Numbered from the stretch's first letter, positions 26,545 through 39,812 are shown. The stretch is DNA of 64,000 nucleotides from Mobula hypostoma (GCF_963921235.1 NC_086108.1:32428001-32492000), one strand, 5' to 3'. Notes: generated by a model from the letters alone, not told the origin. Program-made: numbers and translations.

Positions 26545-26850
26545 CACACGTGATTCTGCAGGCTAGAAATCCAGAGGAGCACATACAAAATGCTGGAGGA
26601 ACTCAGCAGGACAAGCAGAATTTATGGAAATGAATAAATAGCCAATGTTTTGGGACGAGACTCTTCTGGAAAGGAAAGGGGAAGATGACAGAATAAGAGG
26701 GCAGACTGGAAGGTGATAGGTGAAGCCAGGTAGGTGGAGGAGGGGAGGTGAAGTAAGAAGCTGGGAAGTTATAGGTGGATAAGTTAAAGGGCTGGAGAAG
26801 GATGAATCTGATAGGAGAGGAGAGTGGACTATGGGAGAAAGAAATGGGAC
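26545..26850 (-). mobile_element. Older Penelope-like 3' end (second subfamily)
   Basis: aaaatgctggaggaactcagcagg head and purine-rich body shared with 14386-14460, 36355-36500, 48138-48560 and 59560-59755. Confidence 0.7.
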
Positions 26851-27460
26851 TGTGGGAGTTGTAAATCTATTAGTTGAATGCTTGAATAATGTTCTGGACA
26901 ACTGAATATTGATTTTCAAAATTCATGATGATGTGGGGGACCCAAGTAATCAGATGTAATTTCATATTTTGAAACTAAAGGAGGAGTAGGAAATATGTAT
27001 TTCATTTAGTAGAGGAAAGAAAACTTACAAACTCTACAGGTTTTGAAAGTACTTTATTACTTGGCCATATTTTTTAAAAAAACATTGTGTATTCACATCA
27101 GAAAATGTTGATTTGTACTGTCCAGGAAAGGAAATCAATTTAAGTTGTAAAGCCGATTGATTCCCTAAGTGCTATTTTCCAAAACTGGACTGCACGGGAT
27201 AATTACTTCCTGTCTTCAGAACAGTCAAAAAGTGCTTACTTTCACATTTTTGTTGGATACAGCACTTGCTAATTACTGTATTAGGTTCCTTACGATCAAT
27301 CAACCCATTAAAACCTACTGAGCCCTACTACAGGTATTTTAAATCTGATCCAGAGCAATTAATTTTTTTAATGTACTTTCTTCTATACGCATTTAGAACT
27401 TCAAAGGAACTTCAGTTATTTAAGCAAATCCTTGTCAAAATTTATCTTGGAATAATTTTG

Positions 27461-27710
27461 GCATTAGGAAGGCTGTAAAGAAAGATGTCATCAGGTCAAT
27501 CATGGGCTTCTGAGTGAGCCTCCAGATAGCTATGGATCAAGAGGTGTGACCCGTGGACCAGTGCTGCTGGGACCCAAGCCAGGGCCTGATCAAACCTGTC
27601 TGGGCTGCCTGGACAAGGGTGTCTGATGTTGAAAGACCTGAAACCTAATGACCTTAGGTTACATCACTGATGATGTGACCCAGCACATCCAAGGATGTAT
27701 CTCAACAACA
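27461..27710 (+). mobile_element. Probable Hero-clade (RLE) non-LTR retrotransposon 3' fragment
   Basis: Degenerate E*ASR*LWIKRCDPWTSAAGTQARA-stop followed by a structured tail (gggtgtctgatgttgaaagacc..ggttacatcactgatgatgtg). Resembles fish Hero element ends from memory; not verified by search. Confidence 0.5.
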
Positions 27711-29183
27711 TAAAGATGTTCTGACAGCCACTCAAAAGTAACAAGTCACTTGGGTAGATCTCAAAGCCAGTAGCTGTTTACTGTGGTTACTCTTGTAGCC
27801 CCCTCTGCATTTCAGAAATTTGACCATAGTAATATGTCACCTGTACTGCTCCAGTGTCCAACATTTTCTGTGTTACACAAGGTTTCTGTGCATCTATACA
27901 AATGATCCATGCCTTGGAGGGCATCGATTTAAGTCGGTTCTCAAATGCTCCACCTTGTGCCTCAGCTTGCCACCAGGACTGTTGGAAAAGAAATCTGTAT
28001 TGGCAGCAATAATGAAGAAATTTGTACCTCACACTATTGCACCCTTTCTGCTGAGAAAGTGTCCAACAATCATCTTTAACAAGAATTCACCATAACTAGC
28101 TATTGGTCTTGTATTTGTTCAAAACTGTTCTGTGTTCTGGTCCATTTCATCAAAACTGATACCAATACTCTCCACCCCAGATTACTGTCCTGAACTTCTG
28201 TTACGACTACTATAGATATTTTTTGTTTGCAAAACGTTTAGGAATATGCTGAAAAATTCTCTTTCAGCATAGATATTTCAGTACAGCTGAGATTTATGAA
28301 TGGCTATTTTGAGAAGGCAGAGTAGGAACTACAGACCGTGTTCTGGTCTCTGAAGTTATTGCGGTAACTTTGCAACCCACTGTGATCGACTGTAGGAGAG
28401 AGCCTTGGCTTTCTGGGTCTTTAAGGTTCTTTGATTGGCAAGCAGCTGAGCTGCATTTTGTGAGGGATGTCGGTTGGCATGGAGACCTTTGGCTTTTTAA
28501 TATTTTTAGCCTTTGTAAATATGAAAGGTCAGAGGTTGTCGCCTTCAGATCCTGATCAATGCTGTGTTGAGAAACTGTTGGTCAGCAATAAAGAAAAATG
28601 TATCATAAATGCTACCAGATGTAAAATTAATATTATTAAGTATCCTGCTTGGTTTTTTAAAAAAAAAATTTGAAAGGTCAATAAGCAATGTAAATTTGCC
28701 TTTGGCTTACTTTTGTAACTCCAAAAATTCCATGTGGATTCTAGGTGTGCGTAAGTGCAGGTGATGCCTCTGGGGACATCCAAGGGGTTGAATAAATCAG
28801 CACATAGTTGGGGCGGGATCCTACTTGTCCTAGTTGCTGCAGCTGTTTCTCTAGATAGTTTCTATTCCAATGGATTTTTGTAATCTTTTTATGTTGGGTA
28901 ATGTTGTATTTTAAATAATATTTTGAAGCAAAAACATAATTTGAATAATTTAGAAAAAGGAAGTTCACCAGTAACCGCAGATTGTTACCTGACATCCATG
29001 AAACTCAAATGAAGTTTCCTTTTCTTTCAGGATTACTTTTTTGGAGCAAAAGAATAATAGTGAACTCAGAAATTTACTATTAAAATTTGAATTATTGATC
29101 TGATTTAACCTGACTGAAGACATTTGCGATTCTATTTGTATCCAGGCTTTCTGTCTTAGACATGTTAATTTTGTTTTTCATAG

Positions 29184-29263
29184 AAAGTTTATCTGATAAT
29201 GCCACAGTTTTCAGCAACAGAGCAAAGCAGTTGAGACGTCAGATGTGGTGGAGGGAGTGTAAG
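29184..29263 (+). CDS. VAMP4: VAMP4 internal coding exon (SNARE motif C-terminal half and juxtamembrane WW)
   Basis: tttttcatag| and |gtaggt; 80 bp; phase matches the previous exon (G+AA=Glu). Translates ESLSDNATVFSNRAKQLRRQMWWRECK. Confidence 0.97.
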
Positions 29264-31409
29264 GTAGGTAATATGGTAAATGTTGTGTATTTTTTTCAGT
29301 TGACTTGGCAGAGATATTTGCTAAATAATAATGTCAAGAAAACCAGGATAGCAATTCCTGGGGCATACAGCTTAAACGGAAGTGAGAGCTATCTCTTCAT
29401 GTGTTTAATACATTCCGTTGACCTGAGGGTTCTGTCAGTTTTCAATTCCGTTTAGTTTGTTTTTTCAAAGTTCTCTGCTTTGCAAATTCCCCTGAAAACT
29501 GTAAAGAATATATGGCACATATTAACAATATGAAAACTGGTTATAATTATGAATGTTTACCATTCTGTAGACTACCCGTAGTTCATAATGAATTATGAAT
29601 AAATTGACTTTGTATCACTTAGTAATAAGATTGATTTTAATATCATATTTATAAATGTCTTTCCAGTAAAATGTTTATCTTTGCATAGAAATACTGTTGA
29701 AATAGTTAAAAATACTAAAATATTCCTGTGAAGATAAATGTTTATCTTAATTTGGACACTAAAAGGGAATAAGTGTTTTAAATAATGAACAACTGCATTA
29801 AATAATGTTTACAAGATTCATTCAGTGTACTAGCTGTAGTATTGCTTTTGAATTTGAACTAACCAGGTGAGCATAACCATTTTCAGGAACTAATAAATAG
29901 TCCATGACTTAAAAATTAGTCTCCGTGATTTGTACTTTCATTGAACCATTTATAAATATTCTTTAGTTGTAGGTTCTGTATCATAATGGACAATATGCAA
30001 CTGGTGCAGTACCTGTAAAACAAATTTGGATGCTTCCAAAGACTTGGAATTCTTTTCTGAGAGCAGAATAGCTAAGGGCTATACTGGTTTGCAGACACTG
30101 TAATCGTGAGCTCTGTTGCCTGTAAAGAATTTATGGGTTTTGACTGACATTTTTAATGTCACACAATTGATAATTTTTCCAGAATGTTTTCTTTTTAAAA
30201 GTAACAGTTAAGTCTGAAGACAGAATTATGTGCCGTTTTTGAAAAGCTGAATTTTAAAAAAATTGAAATGTAACTGAGTTAGTTTTATGAATGAGGTGCA
30301 AAGAGAAAGAATTTGCATTTCCCAGATCTGGGCTATCTTAAAACATCTCAGTGTTATACTTTTTAAGTATGATCACAAGTAGAAAACATGGGAGATATTG
30401 TGCTCAGCAAGGTCTTTTGGCTCATCAGTGACATAAGGTAATCTACTTTTATATTTTTCGAGGGATGGATTTTGACCTAGACAGTAGGTGACTCCCTTGC
30501 TCATCTCCACAAGGCCATTCTTAAATCTTTAGATTTTGGCTAATAGTGCAACTATTAATTCAGTAATTTGTTGGAATTGATTTGTTTTTCAAAAACTATT
30601 AATGCAGTCGAATATTTCAGTGTATATGTGATAAATTTGAATCTTAATGAATAGAGTAGAATATGTGTTTGGAATAGCAGATCAATTGCGATAGCAGCTT
30701 TAGTTAGTGAGAAAGGTGGGCAATTCTGTAGCCATGGATGGGAGTCCACAATGGTATGTTACATTTCTAGTACCACAGTTAACAACGTTGTTGAATGGCT
30801 GCAGAACATCCTGAAATTGTGGTCCATGTTGTTACCAATGAGATAGGTAGATAAAGGGATGCGATCCTGCCAACATATTCAAGGGAGCTAGAAATGAAAT
30901 TTAAAAAGCAGTACTTAAAAGATACTCATGGTAGGATTATTTCAATAGTGTGTGATGTCAACTACAGGAATAGAAATATAGAGCAATTGGCTGTGTGACT
31001 GGAGATGATGCATAAGAGCTTTACAATTTTGAGGCTTTGGGACTGTTGTGGAACATGTGAGACCTGTACAAATCGAATAGATTTTTATCTTGTTAGGAAC
31101 AGGACCAATATCCTTAAAAGGAGTTCTTGGTGGGAAGATTTAAAGTAGCTTACAGATGAACAGGAGTTCAGGAAGGAAGAAACACAGAACAGCAATCAAA
31201 ATAGCCTTCATACACAAAAGCAAGTGGTAAATGGGGTCAAAGTACAGGAAAAAAATATTAAAATGCTAGGATTAAAGATGCTGTATTGAGGCAGTACAGC
31301 TAACAGAGCTGCTCCCTCACAGTCCCACCTGCCTGGTTCAGTATTTACCTGCAGTACTGTCTGCATGCAGTTTGCATGTTATCTCTTTGACTATATGGTA
31401 TTCCATATA

Positions 31410-32448
31410 GCAGGATTTATGAACATTTGGAGAGGCATAATATGAATAAGAATAGTCAGCATGGCTTTGTCAAAGGCAGGTTATGCCTTGCGAGCCTGAT
31501 TGAATTTTTTGAGGATGTGACTAAACACATTGATGAAGGTAGAGTAGTAGATGTAGTGTATATGGATTTCAGCAAGGCATTTGACAAGGTACCCCATGCA
31601 AGGCTTATTGAGAAAGTAAGGAGGCATGGGCTCCAAGGGGACATTGCTTTGTGGATCCAGAACTGGTTTGCCCATAGAAGGCAAAGAGTGGTTGTAGACT
31701 GGTCATATTCTGTATGGAGGTCGGTGACCAGTGGTGTGCCTCAGGGATCTGTTCTGGGACCCCTACTCTTTGTGATTTTTATAAATGACCTGGATGAGGA
31801 AGTGGAGGGATGGATTAGTAAATTTGCTGATGACACAAAGGTTGGATGCGTTGTGGATAGTGTGGAGGGCTGTCAGAGGTTACAGCGGGACATTGACAGG
31901 ATGCAAAACTGGGCTGAGAAGTGGCAGATGGAGTTCAACCCAGATAAGTATGAGATGGTTCACTTTGGTAGGTCAAATATGATAGCAGAGTATAGTATTA
32001 ATGGTAAGACTCTTGGCAGTGTGGAGAATCAGAGGGATTTTGGGGTCCGAGTCCATAGGACGCTCAAAACTGCTACGCAGGTTGATTCTGTGATTAAGAA
32101 GGCATATGATGCATTGGCCTTCATCAACTGTGAGATTGAGTTTAAGATCCGAGAGGTAATGTTGCAGCTATATAGGACCCTGGTCAGACCCTACTTGGAG
32201 CGCTGTGCTCATTTCTGGTCACCTCACTACAGGAAGAACGTGAAAACCATAGAAAGGGTGCGGAGGAGATTTACAAGGATGTTGCCTGGATTGAGGGGCA
32301 TGCCTTATGAGAATAGGTTGAGTGAACTTGACTATTTCTCCTTGGAGCGACAGAGGATGAGAGGTGTACAAGATAATGAGAGGCATTGATTGTGTGGATA
32401 GTCAGAGGCTTTTTCCCAGGGCTGAAATGGCTAGCACAAGAGGGCATA
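31410..32448 (+). mobile_element. CR1 LINE RT fragment, same subfamily as 6190-10312
   Basis: ORF 31427-32389 with DFSKAFD, GVPQGSVLGP and KFADDTK; closely matches about 8991-10040. Confidence 0.92.
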
Positions 32449-32822
32449 TGAGGGGTGATTGGTAAGTTCGTGGCCTAAGGTAGAAGGAGTAAATTTTAGA
32501 AAACCTCGCACATTTCTTTTTCAACGTAGTCCCCTCCTACATTTACACACTTAGTCCAGAGGTCGTGGAGCATACAGATCTTGGACCTCCAGAAAGTGTC
32601 CACAGATGGGTGATTGATAAGTTTGTTGCCTAAGGTAGAAAGAGATGAGTTATACAGCTCTTGTTACATGCACAAACAGTTCAAAACTTTGAGTGATTAT
32701 GCAGAAAGTTTGAAGTTAATAACTCATCTCCTTCTACCTTAGGCTACGAACATATCAATCACCCGTGATGAGTTATTAATTTCAAACTTTCTGCATAATC
32801 ACTGAGTTGAACTGCATGTGTG
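32449..32822. mobile_element. Mariner-like non-autonomous element with internal inverted duplications
   Basis: Starts after TA with tgaggggtgattggtaag, at the point where the CR1 stops. The end motif repeats at 32608 and is inverted at about 32720-32764. Confidence 0.7.
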
Positions 32823-33288
32823 TGTATCTGCAGAGTTCATCCACCATTTTGTGTATGTTGCTCTCGATTTCCAGCTCTTGAAGAGTCTCCTGTTTTCCTA
32901 CTCTCCATGTTCTTCTACATTGTTTGCTTTCCAGTGAAAGCATCAGCATTTGGTGGTACTTACTAAAGTACAGATCTCCCTCATTATTCCTGTCCTAAGT
33001 TTCATCCATTCTTCTATCCAAAATTTCGCTTGTTGATCATTTATATTATCTGTTGTTTCCCATATGCAAATCTGCTAACTTTCAGATCATCCTTATCTTC
33101 ACTTCAAGATTTTTCTTTTATAACTCCTGTCACATTCCCTTACCACCTTCACCAAAAGTGCTGGATAAAGGTAGTGAATATTGTTTTTGCAGTTAAAGCA
33201 TTTTATAACATGTATTTGTCTAAACTTAGTATTCAATTATGAATGGAGGTATGTCCATGCAACTTAAATGTCTTTCCGTTCTTTAACT

Positions 33289-34069
33289 CAGGGGTCCCCA
33301 AACTTTTTCGCACCACGGACCGGTTTAATATTGACAATATTCTTGCGGACCGGCCGACTTGAGGGGTGGGGGGTGGTTGGTGTTCAAGTAGGGTTAAACT
33401 CACCTCAACATGCCTTTTACAGTTAGAGTTGCCAACTTTCTCACTCCTAAATAAGGGACAAAAGTAGCAGTCAAATCCCGGGCACTTTACCCCAGGAAGG
33501 ACTACCATGACCATGAAGCCTTGTACGGGTACCTGTGTGCGCATGCGTGACGTGAGCATGTGATGTGCACATGCGCATACGTGCCAATTTTTCCCTGCAA
33601 ATTGGTTTTGCCTTCATCTTCCTGACTATACTGTACATACATTATTTCTACTTTATATAGGCTGTGTACTTATCATATCATTCCTGCTTTTACCATATGT
33701 TAGTGTTATTTAGTTTTGGTTTTATGTGTTATTTGGTATGATTTGTTAGGTTATTTTGGTCTGGGAATGCTCAAAAATTTTTCCCATATAAATTGATGGT
33801 AATCGCTTCTTCGCTTTACGCCATTTCGGCACGAAAGGTTTCACTGGAACACTCTACCTTAGCAGGGGAAATACGGGACAAACCAATTTAGCCCAATATA
33901 CGGGATGTCCCGGCAAATACGGGACAGTTGGCAACCCTATGTTCAAGTTCCACAGGGCGTGACAGGGAATAAGGAAAGGTGCAGCTGACTCATATCGTTT
34001 CCTCACGGCCCAGTAGCACATGCTTTGTGGCCCGGTACCGGTCCACAGCCCGGTGGTTGGGGACCGCTG
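33289..34069. mobile_element. hAT (Charlie/MER1-like) non-autonomous DNA transposon
   Basis: TIRs caggggtccccaa / ttggggaccgctg; 8-bp TSD ctttaact at 33281-33288 and 34070-34077. Confidence 0.9.
33389..33939. mobile_element. Nested hAT (Blackjack-like) element
   Basis: Ends tagggtt / gttggcaacccta with cgggac subterminal repeats; 8-bp TSD tgttcaag at 33381-33388 and 33940-33947. Confidence 0.8.
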
Positions 34070-34159
34070 CTTTAACTTCTTACATCACATGAACACATTC
34101 TCTCAGTAAGCAATGCTATAGAGAAGTAAAAGTAAAATTTATACTTGAAGTAAGTATTC

Positions 34160-34420
34160 AAGGTGACACAGTTAGTAGAAACTTCAGTAACTTGGGTACA
34201 ATCCTGATCCTTGGTGCCGTCTGCAGGTTCATCCTGTGGCCTCTTGGATTTCCTCCAAGTTTCCTCTAACATCCCAAAGACACATGATTTATTAGGGTAA
34301 TTAGCCACTATAAATTACCTCCAGTATGTAGGTGTGTGGTTGAATCTGTAGGGAGTTGATGGTAGTGTGGAATGAAAAGGTAACAGGGGCAATTAATGAG
34401 GGAATGGGATTGCTCCATGA
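34160..34420 (+). mobile_element. Degenerate V-SINE
   Basis: Core ggatttcctcc..gtttcctctaacatcccaaagac resembles the V-domain. Confidence 0.6.
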
Positions 34421-36162
34421 CCCAACGTGTATCTATTAGATGGAAGTACTTCCTCCTGTTCAGTGCGGAAGCATTGTTGAACACGTACTTAGTGCCATAT
34501 ATGGAAATTAATTCTAAATTAGCCATTTTAAGAGTCTTTACCTCACAAGCGAAACATGAATATTAACATTACAGCAAAATTGGGTCATTTGATTACCTTG
34601 TTTGGGTTTAGCTTTCTAACAGTTCTGTACATACCTTTTAGGGGAAAAAAATACTTCAACTTGTCTTCCCCAATTTATCCTATTCTTCCTTCCCACACTT
34701 TAGTTTAATTAAAAGCTTACTTCTACATTATTGTTTGATGCCATTTGGTACTCTATGCACATTTTTTCTCCAATACCCCTGATCAAATATCCATTTTGTA
34801 AATAGCTGCATTTAGTGAAAACCACGTCCAAAGGATGGTCTGTGTTTTTATTCTGCTGAATAATAGAGTCACAGGACTCTGATTTTTGTTGCGTATGGGA
34901 CATGACAATCCAAACTTTAACCAGATGTTCTATCTGCAGAGAGACGTGATCGTTTAGTTTTTATGACCTGATTGTGTTTGGACAAGATTTGTAACATGAA
35001 ACACTTGTAACATTTGTCACAGATAAATACACAAGTTCATTACAGAATCAGATTCTCAAATGTGAATGAATGAGAAATATTTCTGCCCTATCTGTGATTT
35101 TTCTTTTTTGTACATCTGAGTTATGGAAATTGATGGAAAATCAACAGCTTTTTCTTGTCACTTCATTCAAAGGTAACTGACCTTTCCTTCACCTTTCAGA
35201 AATGTCTTTTATTGATTCTGGCACTAAAGCTAGTAAATCATACTAAGCACAAAAAAAATCTTCAAATAGCTGTTTAAAACTCGCACTATGGTACACATTG
35301 ACATTTGTATTTGCTTGTAAAATAGTCATAAATTACCCTTTCTCCCATTTTACTTTATCATTTTCTTGATATAAAATCTTGTGCAACATACAATACGAGA
35401 TTTTTCTTAAAGTGAGTGAAAGAAGAGTGAAATAGTGAGGTAGTGGTCATGGGTACATAGGCGTTTCAGAAATTTGATGGCAGAGGGGAAGGAGCTGTTC
35501 CGAAAATGTTGAGTGTGTGTTTTCTGGCTCCTGTATCTCCTCCCTGATGGTAGTAAAGAGAATTATTTGTTATTTAGGATTTTTGAAAAGTGATGATACA
35601 GCTACTGATCTGCGATAATGGCTGGATTGAATGGGGAAAGTTATTGAGGGCATTGAAAGGGCAATACAAAAATCATTTTAATTGGCAGACTTGGAATTTG
35701 AGGATTTTGTTTAATAATTGTTACGGGTCTGAGCGCAGTTTCATATCATTTAAACAAACTTCTCAGTATCCTGGGATCATGAAAGGCACATAAAACATTA
35801 GATAAACTGGATACTCCTCCTAATCCTCACTGTAATGGCATAAAATGGATATGTAGGATATCCTATTGCTTGTATGTTTGTTTGAAAAACAGATGCGCTG
35901 AAAGAGTTCATTGCCAGATGAATGCAGAGGCAAAATACAATGTTGTTTCTATTCCTTGTCTGATCCAAACTTTTAATCTGCATGTGCTGTTAGACTTAAA
36001 GTATATAAATTTCAAAATCAGTGTAAAATGAAAACAGGTTTTAAGCCACATTTTTGTAAATGATAGAAAAGCAAATTATTTTTAAACAGTTATCCCTGCT
36101 TAAGGTTCATAAAATGTAGCTTTGTATAGCAGGTTTTGACTTTTTCATCTTTCCCATTTCAG

Positions 36163-36214
36163 ATGAAGGCCATCATATCGGTGGTTGTCGTAATTGTCTT
36201 GTTAGTTATCATCA
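36163..36214 (+). CDS. VAMP4: VAMP4 transmembrane exon
   Basis: ttcccatttcag| and |gtaagt; 52 bp. Translates MKAIISVVVVIVLLVII, in frame with the previous exon. Confidence 0.95.
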
Positions 36215-36354
36215 GTAAGTATGTTTAATATTCTAAAGTAAATGGGATTCAAATTCTATAGTAATTGCCATGTTCAAGTTGCCAAATGTTCTTTAAGTAT
36301 AAATATCAATGGAACCCCTATGTTATTATAATTCTGTACAGAGCAAATATTTAC

Positions 36355-38066
36355 ACTCTCAAAATGCTGGGGAAATTTAGTAACTCAGGCAGCATCTATA
36401 GAGTGGAATAAATAGTCAACTTTTCAGGCTGAGATCCTTCATCAGGACTGGAAAGGAAAGGGTCAAAACCAGGATAAGGAAGGGGAGGAATAAACTGACA
36501 GAGAATGGGTATCTCTTCCACCGGCATTGATGCTGCCCTCACTCGCATCTCCTCTATTTCCCGCACATCTGCCTCACCCCATCCTCTCATTGCCACATCA
36601 GGGAATGGGTTCACTTTGCCCTTACCTACCACCCCATGAGCCTCTGTATCCAATGCATCATTCTCTGAAACTTTTGCCATCCACAATCAGGTTCACCAGA
36701 TTGATTCCTGGGATGGCAGGACTTTCATATGATGGAAGACTGGATGAACTAGGCTTATACTCGTTGGAATTTAGAAGATTGAGGGGGGATCTGATTGAAA
36801 CGTATAAAATCCTAAAGGGATTGGACAGGCTAGATGCAGGAAGATGGTTCCCGATGTTGGGGAAGTCCAGAACGAGGGGTCACAGTTTGAGGATAAAGGG
36901 GAAGCCTTTTAGGACCGAGATTAGGAAAAACTTCTTCACACAGAGTGGTGAATCTGTGGAATTCTCTGCCACAGGAAACAGTTGAGGCCAGTTCATTGGC
37001 TATATTTAAGAGGGAGTTAGATATGGCCCTTGTGGCTAAAGGGATCAGGGGGTATGGAGGGAAAGCTGGTACAGGGTTCTGAGTTGGATGATCAGCCATG
37101 ATCATACTGAATGGCGGTGCAGGCTCAAAGGGCCGAATGGCCTACTCCTGCACCGATTTTTCTATGTTTTTCTATGTTTACAACGGGATCCCATTACTAA
37201 ACACGTCTTTCCCTTTCACCTCCACCTCTCCGCTCGTCCCACAAAGATAGGGAGTCATTGATCTCCCTCCTGACACTTATCCCTTATCCCTTCAGGCATG
37301 ACAAGTGCTATACCTGCCCCTACACCTTCTTCCTCCAGGTGAGGTGACACTTCACCTGGGGGTCTCTTGGGGTCATCAATTGTATCTGGTGCTCCTGGTG
37401 TAACCTCCTCTGCATTTGTGAGAACAGATATAGACTGGGGGATCTCTCTGAACATCTTCGCTCTGTTCACCGTAAAAGGCAGTATCTTTCGGTGGGCACC
37501 CATTTCAATTCAACTTATTTCCATTCCAACATCTGTCCATAGTCTCATCTATTGTCACACTCAGGTAAGAGGAGCAACACCTCATATTCCATCCGGGTAG
37601 TCTTCAGTGTGATAGCATGAACATTGATTTCTCTATCTTCTGGTCATTTCTGCCACTCCCCCTTCTCTTTTTTTCTGTTCCCCTTCCCGATTCCTCGTCG
37701 CTCTCCCCTTCTCAATTTCCACTGGTAGCCCCTCCTTCCTTTTCTTCCATGGTACACTGTACTTCCCTTTCAGATTCCTTCTTCAGCCCTTTACCTCTTC
37801 CACCTATCACCTCCCAGCTTCTCACTTTGTCCCCCTCCCACACTGCCCTTCCTTCTTACCTGGTGTCACCTATCACCTGTCAGCTTACATACCTTGCCCT
37901 CCCCCCACCACCTTATTCTGTCCTCTGCCTCCTTCCTTTCCAGTCCTGATTAAGAGTCTTGACCTGAAACTTCAACTGCTTATTCCCCTTCATAGGTGCT
38001 CCTTGACCTGCTCAGTTCCACCAGGTTTTGTGCGTGTTGCTCAAGAATTTCAGCATCTGTAGAATC
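36355..38066. mobile_element. Older Penelope-like element (inverted left arm; + strand GIY-YIG remnant) with a nested CR1
   Basis: + strand about 37303-37470 reads KCYTCPY..FTW-S-GVI-CIWCSWC-LL-I-E..RLGD..EHLRSV (degenerate Zn-knuckle + GIY-YIG). Decayed hammerheads near 36415-36450 (-) and 37942-37977 (+). Confidence 0.8.
36689..37178 (+). mobile_element. Young CR1 3' fragment nested in the Penelope element
   Basis: Closely matches about 25760-26243; ttctatgtt tail. Confidence 0.92.
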
Positions 38067-38347
38067 CAATCCTTTCTTTGTGAAAAATATTAATTATCAA
38101 GATGAAATCAAATTACTGATGTTGAATTGTTTTGTTTTTCAGATGACTTTGAAGTAAATATTACGAAACTGAATGGATTATTGTGGTTTTAATTTATTTT
38201 AAGGATATAGAGTTCATTTTTATTGTAGATTTCTTGCATTAAGGAATAAGTTAGTCAAAGCAAATTGCTGGAGCTGTTAATACTCGGTGTAACGCCTATC
38301 TTACTAAGTAAACAGTTTTATTAATTATTTTTTCCTTGTCATTACAG

Positions 38348-38376
38348 TACCTGTAATTTTGAAGAATCGCTCATGA
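38348..38376 (+). CDS. VAMP4: VAMP4 terminal coding exon
   Basis: ttttttccttgtcattacag| acceptor; phase 1 (A+TA=Ile). Translates IPVILKNRS-stop (TGA 38374-38376), comparable in length and charge to the mammalian tail ILIVMKYRT. Confidence 0.9.
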
Positions 38377-39300
38377 TGAGACATGCACAGTGATAATGCA
38401 GGAAAGTTACTGCCTCAGTCTCTAGAAACTATTGGAGATACATGTATAATATCTCGGTTATAGTTCTATTCATTTTGTACAGAAGAAATCTGCACTCATG
38501 AGCACTCAACATAACGATTCCCTTCTGGAATAGGGGACCAATGCATTACCTAACTGCTATTGACAGGAAGGGTAGTTTATTTCCTTTTAAGTATATTGCT
38601 TCATTGCCATGAAAGATTTTTTAAAATCGTTGCAGATAATTTGATTTTAGTGAAATGTGGTATCTGAACAAGTTAATTGTCATCCAGCTTTCCCCAGTTT
38701 TCTTGTGGGAAACACCTCACATTTGGGTACACAAGTCTAATCAACGAAAGCTGATGTGCTTTTGCACAGTGAAGAGCATTTCAAGAAAACCCACTCCCTT
38801 TCACTTTCTCAGATGCGTAGATACAAGGTTATTCCAGCAAGGTCAATAGAAAAGGGGTCAGATGTAAGTACCTAAGCTAATATGATACTGAGCCTATTTG
38901 CATCTTATTTTCCATCAAAGCAGAAATGTACCAACCCTGCATAATCATGGCGTTGAGCACAGTCTTTCAGTGTGGTTTACTACTGCAATAATTGACCAAA
39001 CCATTAAATAAATATTTGACATTTGTACTGAGGTGGAGGAGGACTGAGTGAATTCTACAATGAAGCAAAGATCAATTCATAGAACCCTGTTTCTGAGCAG
39101 AATTTTTCAGTCGTGATATTTGTTAAATTACTTAAAGTTGTTGATAATAAATTACATGCAATTATATTTTTGACAATGCCAAACTGTTGTTTTACTTTGA
39201 ATATTCTTTGTCATGTATGTTTTAAGATGTGTTTTGCTTCAGAATTTTGGATTTATTTGATTGTAAATTTACTTTGTAATAAAATCCATAATAACCAGTA
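38377..39300 (+). other. VAMP4: Probable VAMP4 3'UTR with candidate poly(A) signals
   Basis: AT-rich stretch without recognisable repeats after the stop codon. AATAAA at 39007-39012 and 39278-39283. The true 3' end is unknown and may lie further downstream. Confidence 0.55.
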
Positions 39301-39812
39301 GATCATCCAGATTGCCACTTGCACATGATGTTTGGTGATTGGATTCACTTGATCTTTGTTGGGTGAGATGGATTTTTATTATTTGCTTTATACCTCAGGA
39401 GTAAATTATCTCTGACCGTGCACTGAGTCAGCTGTAGTATGACTATGCCTGTGGAAAGTTACTTTTTTAACGTAAAACAACTTTCTGTCCTGTTTTCAAA
39501 AGGGAAAATTCGATTCCTACATTCTCGATCCTTGCCAGTGTTAGGGAGCTAATAGCATGTGTCGAAGGGGAGGCCTGTTGCCTCTTTGTTCTTTAGGGTA
39601 TAGTTGGATAGTGTAACTCAGGCTGAGAAATACCCCCAATTTAACACTGTGTGCAGTTTAATGGGGTGACAAAACATCAAATTGTATGTTTATTGTTATG
39701 CTCTTTTCTTAGTGTTTCAGTTATTTTTTTAAAACCATTGTTTCTTTATCCGACACACATCAAAGTTGCTGGTGAACGCAGCAGGCCAGGCAGCATCTAT
39801 AGGAAGAGGCGC

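Noticed and set aside
27639..27690. GAAA-hairpin followed by CUGAUGA resembling a type II hammerhead
   Set aside because: Only about 6 nt separate the putative cleavage site from CUGA, so there is no stem I, and these bases pair with the core itself. No closing stem II.
29162..29455. 97-aa ORF as a single-exon gene
   Set aside because: Only 29184-29263 is the VAMP4 exon; the rest is intron read-through.
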